A DNA stretch of 64,000 bases from Octopus sinensis (Eukaryota). The notes under the pieces were generated by a model. That model did no database searches and was not told the origin of the DNA. It saw only the letters and a list, made by a program, of their open reading frames with translations. Below, piece by piece: positions 11,990 to 24,949 of this stretch; the stretch's first letter is position 1, and every line of letters begins with the position of its first letter. A program made the position numbers and the translations under genes. Location: contig NC_043007.1 of assembly GCF_006345805.1 (NCBI RefSeq), positions 61,876,001-61,940,000 on the forward strand, read 5' to 3'.

Positions 11990-13100
11990 CTTTTATACAA
12001 AATACGAAGGACGCATTATTGATGTTAGGGTTCTCCACTGAAAGACAAGAGCGAGAAAATCGCCCGATGACCCTGAGTGATCGAGTCCCATCGTGTAGCA
12101 ATAGAATCAAAATTCAATCTCTGAGGGACCGTAGTGAATGCTTGCTACGTGTCTAATCAGATTGGTGGGATTGCAACTGGATACTCAAAAAGGAAAATCA
12201 ATGTCTTCTATCGTTGAATTGATCCTGCTGAGGTGCTTTGGTTTGGGCCGGATTACTAGGTGGGAAAAAATGTGAAGAGGCCACGAACAGGTGGCCAATT
12301 TCACTCAAAAATAATTGAGAGGAAGCTGTTTCTAAAAGGCTAAGCGTAAGTAGCTAATGCTTACATCACCGCGGTGTGCAATACCATCGAACTATCCAGG
12401 AAGGCACGTGACCAAATTGGAGAGCATATACTTTCACTTCTGGCGAACAAATAAAAAGGAACAGCTCTGAGGAATGTAGGTTTAGTCAGGGTAAAGAAAT
12501 ATCAAATGAGGATGCAGGCTGCACTAGTCAGGCAATCTATCTGCTGCTACAAGCAGATGGATGCTTTGTAAAGGGTCTTGGAATACCGTTGTTATTAATG
12601 ATTAAGTGCATGCTGAGACTGAGACACCTAAAAGATGCGTGGACTACGACGACAACGACGGTGAACAGATGAAAGCGTTTTTAGTATGACACATCTTTCC
12701 GCAGCTCGTCGCCTTGATAAGGTTGCAATCTTGGGTCAAACACAAACTAAGATTAGACGTTTGGCATCTAGAATATTTTTAATGCACTTTACCAACTGGA
12801 TAATGTGATGCGAACAGCTGCGATCACATGTAGGACAGATCAGGTTACTAGTTGAGTCTATTGGGAAGATCAGCCTATCGTATTCCTCCGGTGGCGAGTA
12901 GTGGTTACTTGTCTTCTGCCTGGAGCTATGTCGAAGAAAGTTGCATTCTAGAAGTGATTAAAAAGGTTAAAGACAGAGCTGCTTTTATTCTCTGATTGAA
13001 CATTTATCAACTTTTGCTGGTATCACTTGATATAGGCGCTGACCTCCAATATGTTTTACAAAGGCTGCGTGAGAGCAGCAAGACTGATGAAATGGCTCTA
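11990..13100 (+). mobile_element. Highly degenerate Tx1/L1-clade LINE ORF2 remnant (post-RT region)
   Basis: WFGPD (12239-12253), ERKLFLKG*A*VANAYIT, PLVRQSICC, GLGIPLLLMIKCMLRLRHL, FPQLVALIRLQSWVK...WHLE. Collinear with the same motifs in 52606-53607. Boundaries approximate. Confidence 0.7.
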
Positions 13101-13339
13101 CTCTGATCATACATCTGTATAAATAGGAAGCAAAATAACCTAAGTGAAGGTACCTTTGACGGCTTTGATATGGAGAGCAATTAAGGACTTTCTTTTGGGT
13201 TTCCTTCCAATACACCCTAGGTGGATTCCTTTCTATTGAGGAGCTCTTTTAACTGAGCTTTATTGATTTTACTGATTTCACGTTTTAACTAGTGCAAAAC
13301 CCTAATGTGTAGTTGTGTTTCATTCTAATGCTGTCCCCA

Positions 13340-13980
13340 ACATCTTGGATCCTTGTCGGACAAAACATCTTGTAGTATCTGTTATAATTCAAATCTCGCT
13401 AATGTCAGCTTTGCCTTTCTTTCTTTTGGATCAATAAAATAAACTACCAATTAAATCTTGGGGTAGATTTTATGGACTAACCCTTTCCTTAGAATTTTGG
13501 AACTTGTATCTATATTCGAAACAATTTTCATATAAGGGTGACGGATTAGCAAAATCGTAGAGTGTCAGGGAAAATGCTATGGAACATTTGTTCTGTCACT
13601 TTATTTTCTGGATTCAAATCAAGCTGGGGTCAATTTTGCCTTTCTGGGGTTGATAAAATAAAGTACCAGTCCATATAATTCACTATATTCTGCCCCGATT
13701 TGAATTTCTTTCCTTGTACCTAATTTAAAAGCAATCCTAATTAAGTGGTTGGTGATGTGACAAAAAAGCTACGGTATCAGTAATAAAAGGAAAAGAAACG
13801 AAAAGAAAATACCTTGTTGTGTATCTGTTTGGCTCTTTACATTTTGTGTCCAAATCCCGACGAGTTCAACTTTACCTTTTTAATGTTTCAGGATCAATAA
13901 AATAAAGCAACAATCAAGTCTTGGGGGTCGATATTTCTCTTCGCTCAAAAATTGCAGGCTTTGTACGTAAATTAGAAACT
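13340..13980 (+). mobile_element. Three old, degenerate head-to-tail copies of the dominant SINE
   Basis: Three recurrences of TTCAAATC...CTTTGCCTTT...GATAAAATAAAGTACC...GGGGTCGAT...CTTGTAC. Confidence 0.6.
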
Positions 13981-15940
13981 GTTGTTATTATTATTGTTGT
14001 TGTTGTTTTTTTGCACCTGAATATATGAGTGTATGAGTGTGTATATTTGCGTGTCTTTGTGTATTTCCGAGTGTAGTATATTATATATATATATATATAT
14101 ATTATAAACACACACAAATATACATAATTATATATATATATATATATAATTATGTGTATTTGTGTGTGTTTATAATAAATGAGATTGACTGTGAATCTCA
14201 TCAATCGAGATCTTGTTTATTAAACAACATCAGCAACAACTGTTACAACAACATCAACAGCAACAACATAAAGTACAGTAACAACAACAACATCACCTTC
14301 AAAGAAACGATGAGGATGTCAGTATGAAAACATTATGCATTATCAGTGTAGCCTTATCTGTGAAATACAGAACTATAAACAACTAATTAAAGGAACAGCT
14401 TTCGTTTTCGGACTGTTATCTCCATCTGTTTTATTTTTAAAGTCCTATACTCCTGAGACGAAGCTTCAATGATATACAAATTCCTTCGGACTGTCCCTCG
14501 GCTTCTCTTTCCATGATTTATGGGATTCCCACAAGTCGAATGTCTTCATGCATTCTGCAAGGCAGTATTAGTGTAGTGGATGAATTCGCTTGCTAGCAGA
14601 TTGAGAGTGTTAGTGAACCATAGAATAAAAGATAAGATTTTCTCTGCTGATTTCATGATCTGATTTCAATTTCTGGTTGGAACAGTTTCCCACATTTACA
14701 TCGCTATGTCCCTTGGAGAAGGCAGAACAGCTACAATTTCGATTCTTATATAAAATATGGTGTATTTCTTCTTAAGAAAGATAGGAGAAAGAGACTTGAT
14801 TATTAACAGTAAAGTGCCGGCTTAATGTCTTACACTCTTTATAGCTTCAGCGACCAAAGTCAAATTTGTGTTGAGCTGAAAGTGGAACAACTTTAACTGA
14901 TATGAGAAACAACAGATTGGAAAATTTGAAAAGACTGATTGAGAGTATATGGACCAGCAAAGCTCTTCATATTCGTTACTTGCTATTGAAATGAAAATTT
15001 TAAGTTAAGATAATCTGACCAAAAATAATAATAAAAAATTCAACTTTCTAATGCTGAAAGTGAAAACTTGGCGATAAGTAGTGAAGTCGTGTTTGGTTTC
15101 AGTGAATCATTACTCGCTCAAAATTGCATAACACACTGTTGATAGACAAGTGTGTGAATGTCGATAAAGAACCTGCAGCTGCTTATCCAATGAAAAAAAA
15201 AAACATTATTGACGAAGATGAGAACGAATGCCAAAACGAATACACATTTCTGAAGAAGAAAAATTGCACCACGTTACAAGGCTATCAAAATCGTCTGACT
15301 CTCCTACTTAGTGGTAGAAGATCTAAAGTTCAAGCTACTGGCTGGTTATCATTCTAAGACACCAAAATCATATCTTTCTGTTGCATGGCGAACAAAGGAA
15401 AAGAAACAGCTCTGAGGAATGTAGGTTTAGTCATGGTAAAGAAATATCAAATGAGGACACAAGGAGAACGAACAGTACCACGCCAAAGAAAATGAAGATG
15501 ATGAAAGTGGGAACCGCCGAGAAATTTTATAGTTAAATATATGTACAAAGCTTTCTAGTTTTAAGGTAAAGTTATGACCAATTTTAATGAAAAGAATCGT
15601 CAAAGACATAAGTTTAGAAATAACAGAGCAAAAATGAGTGATACATGTGAGAAGTAGCACGGTTGAATTGCAAGAGATGGAAGTCTTAAAAGAATAGTGC
15701 GCTGGGGAGGTAAAGTGGTGGGTTGGCAGGTGAAAACGGAAGGTAGTTGGTAGTGGGAAGCGCTGTCAAAGTATAGTCGCGATAGCGGACTGTTTCAGCG
15801 GCTATTTGGGCGTTGTCATGCTGTAGCAATTAACAGACAGTGTGGTGTGACTGAGTACCGAAGTTGGGACTTCGGGTAAAGAGGCGGGCAAGTATTAGGT
15901 AGCAGTATAGAAGAAAATTAAATTATGAATGGGAGTTTCT

Positions 15941-16175
15941 TCTTTCTTTATTGCCCACAAGGGGCTAAACGTAGAGGGAACAAACAAGGACATATAAGGA
16001 GATTAAGTCGATTACATCGACCCCAGTGCATAACTGGTACTTAATTTATCGACCCCGAAAGGATGAAAGGCAAAGTCGATCTCAGCGGAATTTGAACTCA
16101 GAACGTGGTGGCAGACGAAATACCTCTAAGCATTTCGCCCGGCGTGCTAACGTTTCTGCCAGCTCGCCGCCTTCC
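15941..16175 (-). mobile_element. Dominant SINE, full length, tail type T, with 15-bp TSD
   Basis: TGAATGGGAGTTTCT at 15926-15940 and 16176-16190 (perfect). Tail on the minus strand is CCCCTTGTGGGCAATAAAGAAAGA. Confidence 0.93.
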
Positions 16176-16411
16176 TGAATGGGAGTTTCTAGGTTTGTAA
16201 ATGATGGAAATGACGGAAGACAGAAAAGGAGTGGGTTAGAGTAACCATAGAAACGAAAATATTTAAGAAGTTAACAGAAGAGATGAAGATAATGGATGTT
16301 AATTGTGGGGCGGGATAAAAGATATATTTTCATAATGCCAGGTTATTTAGAAAACTTGAAAAGTTTAGAATATACTGCTGATCGAATCTGTTATGCTCGC
16401 TTGCAACAGAT

Positions 16412-16413
<2 letters not shown>

Positions 16414-16466
<53 letters not shown>
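16414..16466. repeat. (TG)n microsatellite
   Basis: Direct reading. Confidence 0.95.
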
Positions 16467-16468
<2 letters not shown>

Positions 16469-16939
16469 CATGCTTTGACCTTGACCTTTTGCAATAATCT
16501 GAGAATTTTTTAAATGAAGTATTGAGTGAGGAAAATCATTAACCTGTTGCTACCACATTATTTTATTTTTTACAATACATAATGTTATTACTGATGATAG
16601 TTTTTATAGAATAGAAAAGTATGTAATATGCTATAAAGGACGATAGTTGTATAGAATAGAAAATGTCAATGACGAAATGATTAGAATTTTAGTCATTGTA
16701 CTTTTAATCCAGAGAAGGGAATGTATTTAATTCACTACACCTTCACCAGTACTACTATAAACTCTTTGTTCTTTCACCATTTTATCTGTTCTCAATATGC
16801 AGTTTTAGTGCGTTCAAAATTTTCACGAGTGCAAGTTGCACGTTATTATATATACCGTGCAAGTACATATACCTTCCTTTGCTGCAAAGTGCAATGCGTG
16901 CACCCATCTCTATTTTAAATCTATTTTATTATTCATTTT

Positions 16940-16965
16940 AACACACACACACAAACACACACACA

Positions 16966-17035
<70 letters not shown>
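16940..17035. repeat. (AC)n microsatellite
   Basis: Direct reading. Confidence 0.95.
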
Positions 17036-17038
<3 letters not shown>

Positions 17039-18519
17039 ACACTCACTCGCACGCGCGCACACACGGACTCACGTATTTGAAGAACTTTTAAAAAGCCTGT
17101 GATGTCTTGTAACATTTTAGCTCTTTACCCAGTGTATGTTGCACGAAATAGATTTGAAATTGCTGGAGCTGAGGCCAGAGAAGAAGAGTTGTAAAGGGCG
17201 TGGCTGATGTCATGGATGTGTAATGGAAATGATGCTACTAAAGAGTGAAAAAAGCAAGGCGAGGTATTTAGAGGTGAATTCGGTGGGGTGTGGCAGTTGT
17301 GTGCGGAAACGAGAGGAGAACCAGCAGTGTTGGCTTTGTATATTTTGAGAAGGAAATCGATGGTAGTAGTGCATTGTGTATGAATAATGAGGTTGCTGGC
17401 TATAGAATATGAGAGAGAGAAGAGGAGATGAGTTATCTTTTGGTGGTAGCATCAAGAGGTTTGTTGCGATGGTATAATTAGGAGGATAAAATTAGGGATA
17501 AGGCGTTGCTAACACCAAAGAACCGCCCTTGTCACCCAGTTTAATGTCAGTGAAGTGCATTGATGTTAAGTATTCCTAAACACATCTAGAAATCAAAACA
17601 ATCTTCAACATCGTGGCATCATCACCAGCCTCTCGGTTGCACTGCTTGCACGGATTTCCCAGACTCTCTGTCGCTACCCCGCCCACTATTCTTGAAAGGA
17701 TCGTGGGGATAGAGTCTTCAGGCTTGAGTTATAGTGAATCTTTCATTAGCTGATTACACAACCATGGGCGCCACCCAAATGGATGTGTTGCAGTTACTCT
17801 CTTGATAGAGCTTGGTGATCCTGACTATTTGGTCTTCTGGAATTCCTCCACTCAGCGTCAATGTAAGAAGCACTGTTGGCTCAGTTGAGCTCTTCTGCTT
17901 CCTCTTCATAATCCGCCATGCTGCAATCTCATGACTTCACCGTATCCCTGGCAAGTTGGCCTTGTCAAAGGGCAGCTTGTAACTATGCAGAGCACGGTCG
18001 TCACTTCGTGAGGGATTTTCAAACTGGTGAAGACACCCAGCGTCTTGAACATTGCCTGACTGAGTGCCTAATTGGAGGTATGTCGGCCGAGATTGGAGGC
18101 ACAATCAAAGTCACCAGACCTGGCTGTTTGTGCGGTTTGTGCGACTCGCCAAGCTGCGTACATGTATCCACGTTACGCAGTTTAGCGCGTCGCACAAACT
18201 ACTTGGTGTTGGTATGTGTCTGGAAATCAAAACCAGATTGAATGTGGTGTATGAAGTAAAGATTCCTACCAAAGCTCAAATGCTTTGAATCAGAGATTGG
18301 TATATCATTAAGGTAGGGTAACATCATCGTGTGAGAAGTGTCCGGATCAGTGGATCAGAGACTATAGTCACTGATTACCCTTCTGTCTATATTATCCTTT
18401 TGTGACTATCCTATTCTTACAGGCTTCATTCTCTCCTATATGTGGCTGTGTACTGCGGCTCTTACTGTGATCATTGTGTTCATATTGGAGTTATGCTGCT
18501 ATCATAATTACCATGTCCT

Positions 18520-19850
18520 TTCTTTCTTTCTTTTTTTTGTGTGTGTGATGATTATGTTCTTATTGTCACTATGCTGTCTTTTCTCTGGTTATGTCACTCT
18601 GTAAACGATTTGAAACACGAGTCGATGTCGTCTTTATTGCTATTTGTGTTTTTCTCGTTAAGATGATGATGTCGACGACGACGATGGTGGTGATGGTGGT
18701 GGTGGTGGTGACAATAATGATTGCTACGACGACAACAATGACGACGATGATACAGTTGTTGCTTCCGTTTGTGCAATCACAATAGTGCTGAGGTTGTCGC
18801 TGTTGTTGCTGTTGCTGTTGCTTTTATTCTTCCTAAGTTACTATTACTTTGCCGATGCTGCTATTGCTGCTGCTGTTGATGACAATGACGACGACGATGC
18901 TACCACCACCTCTGCAACAGCCGCATATGATTCTGATGCTGTTGCCGCTGCTGCTGATGTTGCTATGCTCAGGTACCGAAATCCCGTATAGCCACTCAAC
19001 AAGTCTATTCACCAAATCCTGCAGCATTACAAACCAACACAGCCGCCCTGAAACCGTTGCCAACAGCAACTTGCAAGGAGTTACTGAAACTTGATATCAC
19101 GTCTTCACAGAAACAGATGCAGCACCCAACATGTAACTAGTTGTTGCTGAATTGGGAGTGTGGTAGCAGTAGTGGTGGTGGTGGTGGTGGTGGTGGTGGT
19201 GGTGGTGGAGGAGGAGGAGACGGCAGTGGTAGCGGTGATGGTGGTGCTGATATTGCCTGTTATTGTTGTTCTTCCTGCTACTATTGTTGTTGTTGTTAGT
19301 GGTGGTGGTGATGGTGGTTTTGAGATTTATGATGGTGGTCATTTTATTCGTGGTGATGATGGTGATCACATTGTAGATTGCGTAGGTGGTGTTGGTGTTA
19401 ATGGTAGTGGTGGCAGTGGTGGAGTTAGCGACGGTGGTATTAGTAATACTGATGTTAGTGGTGGTGTTAGGGTTGTTGTTGGTGATGTTTATATTAGTTG
19501 TGGCGCTCGTGTTAGTGCTAGTGGTGTTGGCGTTAGGGATGCTGCTGGTGTTTGTGGTAGTGTTGCTGTAGTGGTGTTGGTGTTAGCGTTTGTGTTGATG
19601 GTGGTGTTATTGGTGGTGATTGTGGTGTTAGTGGTAGTGGTGCGTTAGTGATGGTGGTAGTCGTGTTGGCATTAGTGTTTCTGGTAGTGTTTGTAATAGT
19701 TGTTGTTGTGATTCTGGTGGTGTTAGTTTTAGTGTTCGTAGTGGTGCTAGTGGTGGTGTTGGTGATAGTGTTAGTGGAGTGTTAGAGTTAGTGGTGGCGT
19801 TGATGATGGCATTAGTGATTGTGGCAGTGGTATTGGCAGTGGAAATGACG
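18520..19850. repeat. Mosaic trinucleotide low-complexity tract (GAT/GAC/GGT/GTT/GCT) with a 170-bp complex island
   Basis: Direct reading; explains the poly-V/T/H/A ORFs. Confidence 0.85.
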
Positions 19851-20339
19851 ATAGAAATGTTGTTGTTTTTTATCCCTAGGTCAAGCCCAAACGAACAGAC
19901 ATGTGACCAAAGTACTCTGACCATGGCCATCCCATCTAATTTCCAGGCGATCAACATTATTAATCAGTTGTGTCCCTCATTATTTTTTCTAAGCCGAAGG
20001 GTGGATTTCAGGGGAATTTACTATTTTCCCACTAGATCGAGCGATCTTTAAATGGATTGATCGTTGACTAGTTCATATTAGTTTCATTTTGTTATAGTTG
20101 TTGTTGTGGTTGTTGTAGTTTAGTCACAGGTCAACTCTGTCTTATGACCAAAGACAGTCCCGTCGTTTCTATTACATCTTTCTAGGTGTAGCTTTAACAA
20201 ATTATTCTAGTAGATTCTTTCCTTGAGATGGCATGATGCTTTTTTAAAGGAAAACTAGCTGCTATTTCTAGCAAGTCGAACGACCACGGTGATACGTTGT
20301 TGCTTCAGGATTATTGTTGTTGGTAGTGGTGTGTGTTGC

Positions 20340-20370
<31 letters not shown>

Positions 20371-20579
20371 GCTGCTGCTGCTGCTGTTGTTGGGACTGGT
20401 GACTGTCATAGTGTTAGTAGTGGCATCGACAGCTCAGTTAAGACGCACAATGAGGTGATACATGCATACACACTCCGGGAAAAGGATGAGACTAAATGTA
20501 GTTATGGCTGAAGAGAAACTAGTGTAATATTCATGCATGGATATATGAATGTGTACGTGTGTGTAAATGCACATATGTA

Positions 20580-20614
<35 letters not shown>

Positions 20615-20671
20615 ATGTATACATATATATATATATATATATACATACATATACATATACATATATATATA

Positions 20672-20738
<67 letters not shown>

Positions 20739-20814
20739 TATGTATGCATGTATATGAATGGTTAATTGAAAGTGAATTTATATCTCGCGACTCGAGTTTC
20801 ATGCCACTGCGATC

Positions 20815-21143
20815 TTCAGGCGGGAACTCATGTCCTAATGGATTGCACGTAGAAAAATTCCAAGGTATATGTCCGGACAAAGCTGTTTATGGAAGACCAG
20901 CAGTCGTCCATTCATACTAGCCTCCCCTTTCCACGCCACCGATCTTATCCAAGGTAAAGTCAAAGACCGATACAGCTTGGCACCAATGTCGTCACCACTC
21001 ATTTCTACAGCTGAATGAACTGCAGAAACATGAAATAAAGTGTCATACTCAAGAACACAACACACAGCCCAGTTCAAGAATCGAACTCATTACCTCATAA
21101 TTATGAGCCCAACGCTCATAACACTGAGCCATGCGCCTTCACA
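20815..21143 (-). mobile_element. tRNA-derived SINE, second family
   Basis: Minus strand: A-box-like TGGCTCAGTG, B-box-like GAGTTCGATTC, then GTGTTGTGTTCTTGAG...CACTTTATTTC, resembling central domains of metazoan core-type SINEs. Confidence 0.7.
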
Positions 21144-21362
21144 AGCTTATAAATATTGGATCAAAAGGCGGCGAGCTGGCGGAGTCGTTTGCAATGTATG
21201 TATGTATTATGTATCTATCTATCTATCTATCTACCTATCTATCTATCTATCTATCTATCTATCTGTCTATCTATCTATCTATCATCTATCTATCTAGCTA
21301 GCTAGCTATATATATATATAATATATATATATATATTATATATATATATATATATATAATAT

Positions 21363-21392
<30 letters not shown>

Positions 21393-21394
<2 letters not shown>

Positions 21395-22080
21395 CATATA
21401 AAACTCAACTTGTCTGTCTGTGTGTTTAACTTCCCGGCACATCTCCTCCTAGCCAACAAATCGTAGAACCACAAAAAATGGGTCACTTAAAGTTTAGGCG
21501 AATGAAAATTGAACTGCGCTATTTCTGTTCCAAAATTCATCTCGCAAGTGCAAAAATCGGTAATGTGTTTGTTTAGGCCTTATCCCATGCATTGAATAGT
21601 GAACTTTACTCAGTCAGCTGTTTGACGTGAATTGTGTTCACCACGCGTGTAAGCATGCGTAAATTGCATGAAAAATAAAAAATCAAGATATAAAAACGAA
21701 TCGCCGTAAACATTGTAGAAATTCGGCAAAGAAATGAATTTTCGGGATGTAGCTTGGAGGGTTTTTTTCGTATTAATCGTTTGGACTTTGTGAACACATA
21801 CCAATTGTTTTCATAACATTTTTAACGCTTTGAATTAAATGTGACCATTTTGCGTTGAGTCTGCAGTTTGAATCACTTTAACCAAATTTTAGCAGGCCGG
21901 ATTTTTGTTCATCACGATACATCACCAGCGACTCCTTGAAACTCTCCCCTGAAATCCCCGTTGAGAAATCTATATATATAAAACTCAACTTGTGTGTCTG
22001 TGTGTATATCTGTGTGTGTGTCTGTGTGTTTAACTTTTGGATCTACCAAGTTTCATTATTAAGGATGGAAAGTAGTGTGT
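21393..22080 (+). mobile_element. Two related Helitron-like 5' heads (TC-TATATATATAAAACTCAACTTGT.TGTCTGTGTGT) at ~21393 and 21969; no 3' end found
   Basis: The two heads share sequence; the copy at 21969 starts A|TC. Architecture matches the complete element at 62430. Confidence 0.45.
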
Positions 22081-22086
22081 AGCAAA

Positions 22087-22473
22087 TTTATATATATTAA
22101 GCTGAAGTTGTCTGTGTGTGGCAGGTTTGGTAGCCTTCAACTAACATTATCTCCTTCGAGACCCTGCAGCGCAAGTTGACCAAAATTGAGAGTATGATAG
22201 AAGAAGGCTTCTTCATTCTGTAAAAGATAAAATTCAAATCGGACCATGTTAACACCAAAAATTATTTACATCAAAAAGGTGCTTTTTTTCTATGAAAATA
22301 CCTATTTTTTTACGATTTTTGACTGCTGTGTCACCATTTTTCGGTGTATTTCAACTGGAAAAATGTTCACTTGAAGAGAATAACAAGTTGCATAATGCAG
22401 AATTTTTACTTTTCAAAAATTCCAATTCTAAAGGGTCGAAACAAACCCAAGCACCACCAGATGATACTGCTAG
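22087..22473 (+). mobile_element. Non-autonomous Helitron-like element
   Basis: (TA)n/TGTCTGTGTG head. The 3' end CCCAAGCACCACCAGATGATACTG-CTAG|T is a decayed version of the CCCGAGCAACGCCGGG...CTAG|T end at 62762-62790. Confidence 0.68.
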
Positions 22474-22486
22474 TATATATATATAT

Positions 22487-22627
22487 GACAAAGTCCTTTC
22501 AGCTTCCGTCACAAGTGTTTGGTCGGTCTAGTGGCTATAGTGGAAGACACTTCCCTAAAGTGGTATGCAGTGGAACTGAACCCGGAACCATGTGGTTGGG
22601 AAGCAAACTTCCCACCACACAACCACG
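22487..22627 (-). mobile_element. tRNA-derived SINE, third family
   Basis: Minus strand GTGGTTGTGTGGT...CCCAACCACATGGTTCCGGGTTCAGTTCC (A- and B-box-like), GACGGAAGCTGAAAG near the 3' end, then (TA)n. A related decayed copy lies at 59770-59892. Confidence 0.72.
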
Positions 22628-22689
22628 TTTATATTCATATAACAAACACATAAACACAAACATACACACATACATGCAGTCGTACGTAC

Positions 22690-23122
22690 GTACATACATA
22701 CATACATACATACATACATACATACATACATACATACATACATACATACATACATACATACATACATACATACATACATACATACATACATACATACATA
22801 CATACATACATACATACATACATACATACATACATACATACATACATACATACATACATACATACATACATACACATACATACATACATACATACATACA
22901 TACATACATACATACTACATACATACATACATACATACATACATACATACATACATAATACATACATACATACATACATACATACATACATACATACATA
23001 CATACATACACATACATACATACACATACATACATACATACATACATAACATACATACATACATACCTACATACATACATACATACATACATACATACAT
23101 ACATACATACATACATACATAC
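22690..23122. repeat. Long (CATA)n array (~430 bp) followed by (TTAA)n
   Basis: Direct reading. Confidence 0.97.
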
Positions 23123-23619
23123 AATATTAATTAATTAATTAATTAATCGCAGAGAACGTTGTTGCTTGAAATATTATATATATTAAATAAACTTGTTCGT
23201 AATCGTGTATAAGCGGAAATACGAAAAGTAGATATGGGGAAACATGGTGAAAGAGGAAGTGAGATAATTATCGTTAAGTAGAAAGAGAGGGGGGGAGAAA
23301 GAGGGAGGGAAGGAGGGAGGCGTAACATTTAATAGAGAGGTGGAGTGTGGAGCAGGACTGACAGAAAAACAAATAGGAAGACAAAGAGACAGAACACAAT
23401 CAAATAGAAAGCCATGCAAACAGTCAGAACAGTAGGGCTTTACCATATACTGCCCTGGAGTATTTACTGTCAGTCATATTGTTGATATTTCATAACGAAT
23501 GTCACATTACCGTGCATTACTGTTGGACCTGGCGGAGCCCATCTCTCTCCATGTCCGACCACAGTGATTTACCAGAAGAGAAAAGCCAGACAGACTTAGA
23601 AAGAGGAAAGAAAAGAAAA

Positions 23620-23745
23620 TATGCGACCCAGTACAAGGTTGGAATTTATAGAGCCTGAAAGGCTGAAAGTTCACTTCAGCGGAATTTGAACTTAGAGCCG
23701 GAGTAATTACCACAAAGTAATCTTCCCGATGCTCTACCGACTCAA
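23620..23745 (-). mobile_element. Degenerate dominant-SINE fragment (another at ~24460-24545, minus strand)
   Basis: rc core GAAAGG.TGAAAG...GCGGAATTTGAACT. Confidence 0.55.
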
Positions 23746-24949
23746 CAAATCGGTCGGCTGAAAATTTTCGATCAGTTAATATTTTGTGAATTAAACACCT
23801 TTAGTGAGAGTTTTTATCTATTAATTGTTTGGATAAGGTGAACGAAATTTTTCGATTCCATTCTCTATAATGTAACTTTATCGTATTAAAACAAAAGAGC
23901 AAACAGACAAACGGACAGACTGAAGGACACACACACACACACACATATATGTACACCTAAAAATTACCAAACAAAATCCAGATGAACAATCAAACCTGAG
24001 TACGTGAGAGTAGGATCACACATACATGAAATAAAGTGAGTTGAAGAATTTCGGCTAATTTAGTTTATCCACGCATTTAATAGAGAAAAGTTCGTTTAGG
24101 GTGTTTAAACTCTAAAAGCAATGGAGATGCAATGAAATCAACAAATCGGAGACTTTAGAAAATAAAGAAAATAGTAGAGTTCGTATTTAGAGCCGAATGG
24201 TGAATGTAGTTGACATGTTCGTCTATTGCTACTACTTATTCGAGTCGACGAAGGTACTTCCTACTCAGTTGTTCAACTTTCTACATATGGCAGCTAAATC
24301 TAGCTCATACTAAACACTATTGCTTTAATAATGGAAAATGTAGTCCGAGGTACATTGGACAATGTAGTCCGAGATACACTGTGCTTCAAAATTCAAGATG
24401 GGTTGATTACCACTGGTATGTCTTTCATCATAAGGTCTGACATAGGGTTAAACAAAAAAACAAAAATCTGGTAATCATTTCATCGATCCTGAAGGGAGTA
24501 AAAGTAAAATTTGACCTGAGCAGGATTAGAGATCAGAACGAAGATATAAAGAACTGAGCCTTTTGCTTCGATACAACTTCTTTTGGACTTCGAGCTAACC
24601 AGTGGTGACACCATGTCCACGTTAAACTTCGTCTCTCAAAACATCGTTGCTTTTTCTTTCTTATCTTGTTCACAGAATGCTAGTGAAAGTAATAGCAGGC
24701 AGAAGTATCTCTTAATTGCAATATATTCCGCCCCCTGGCATTGCAATGTATTGGGGCCCATAGTATCTATTTACTAGTAGCAAGCCACAGCATACATACT
24801 TCTCTAGAAGTTTGGGGCTCTCGGTCAATTGTCGAGAGTACCCAAGCTTTAAATTATTGTAGGGCTGCGGTGTGAATGCTCTTTTCTTTTTCCTTTCACA
24901 AATCGAATTCAAAGAGAGAGAGAGAGAGAGAAGAGACAGCTCCCTGTAA

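Noticed and set aside
17560-18300. GC-richer segment with ORFs 17918-18241 and 18064-18288
   Set aside because: No recognisable motif or consistent splice signals. Possibly a decayed LINE ORF1, but I cannot support a call.
22690-23122. Single-base interruptions in the long (CATA)n array
   Set aside because: They could be long-read indel errors; not interpretable without reads.
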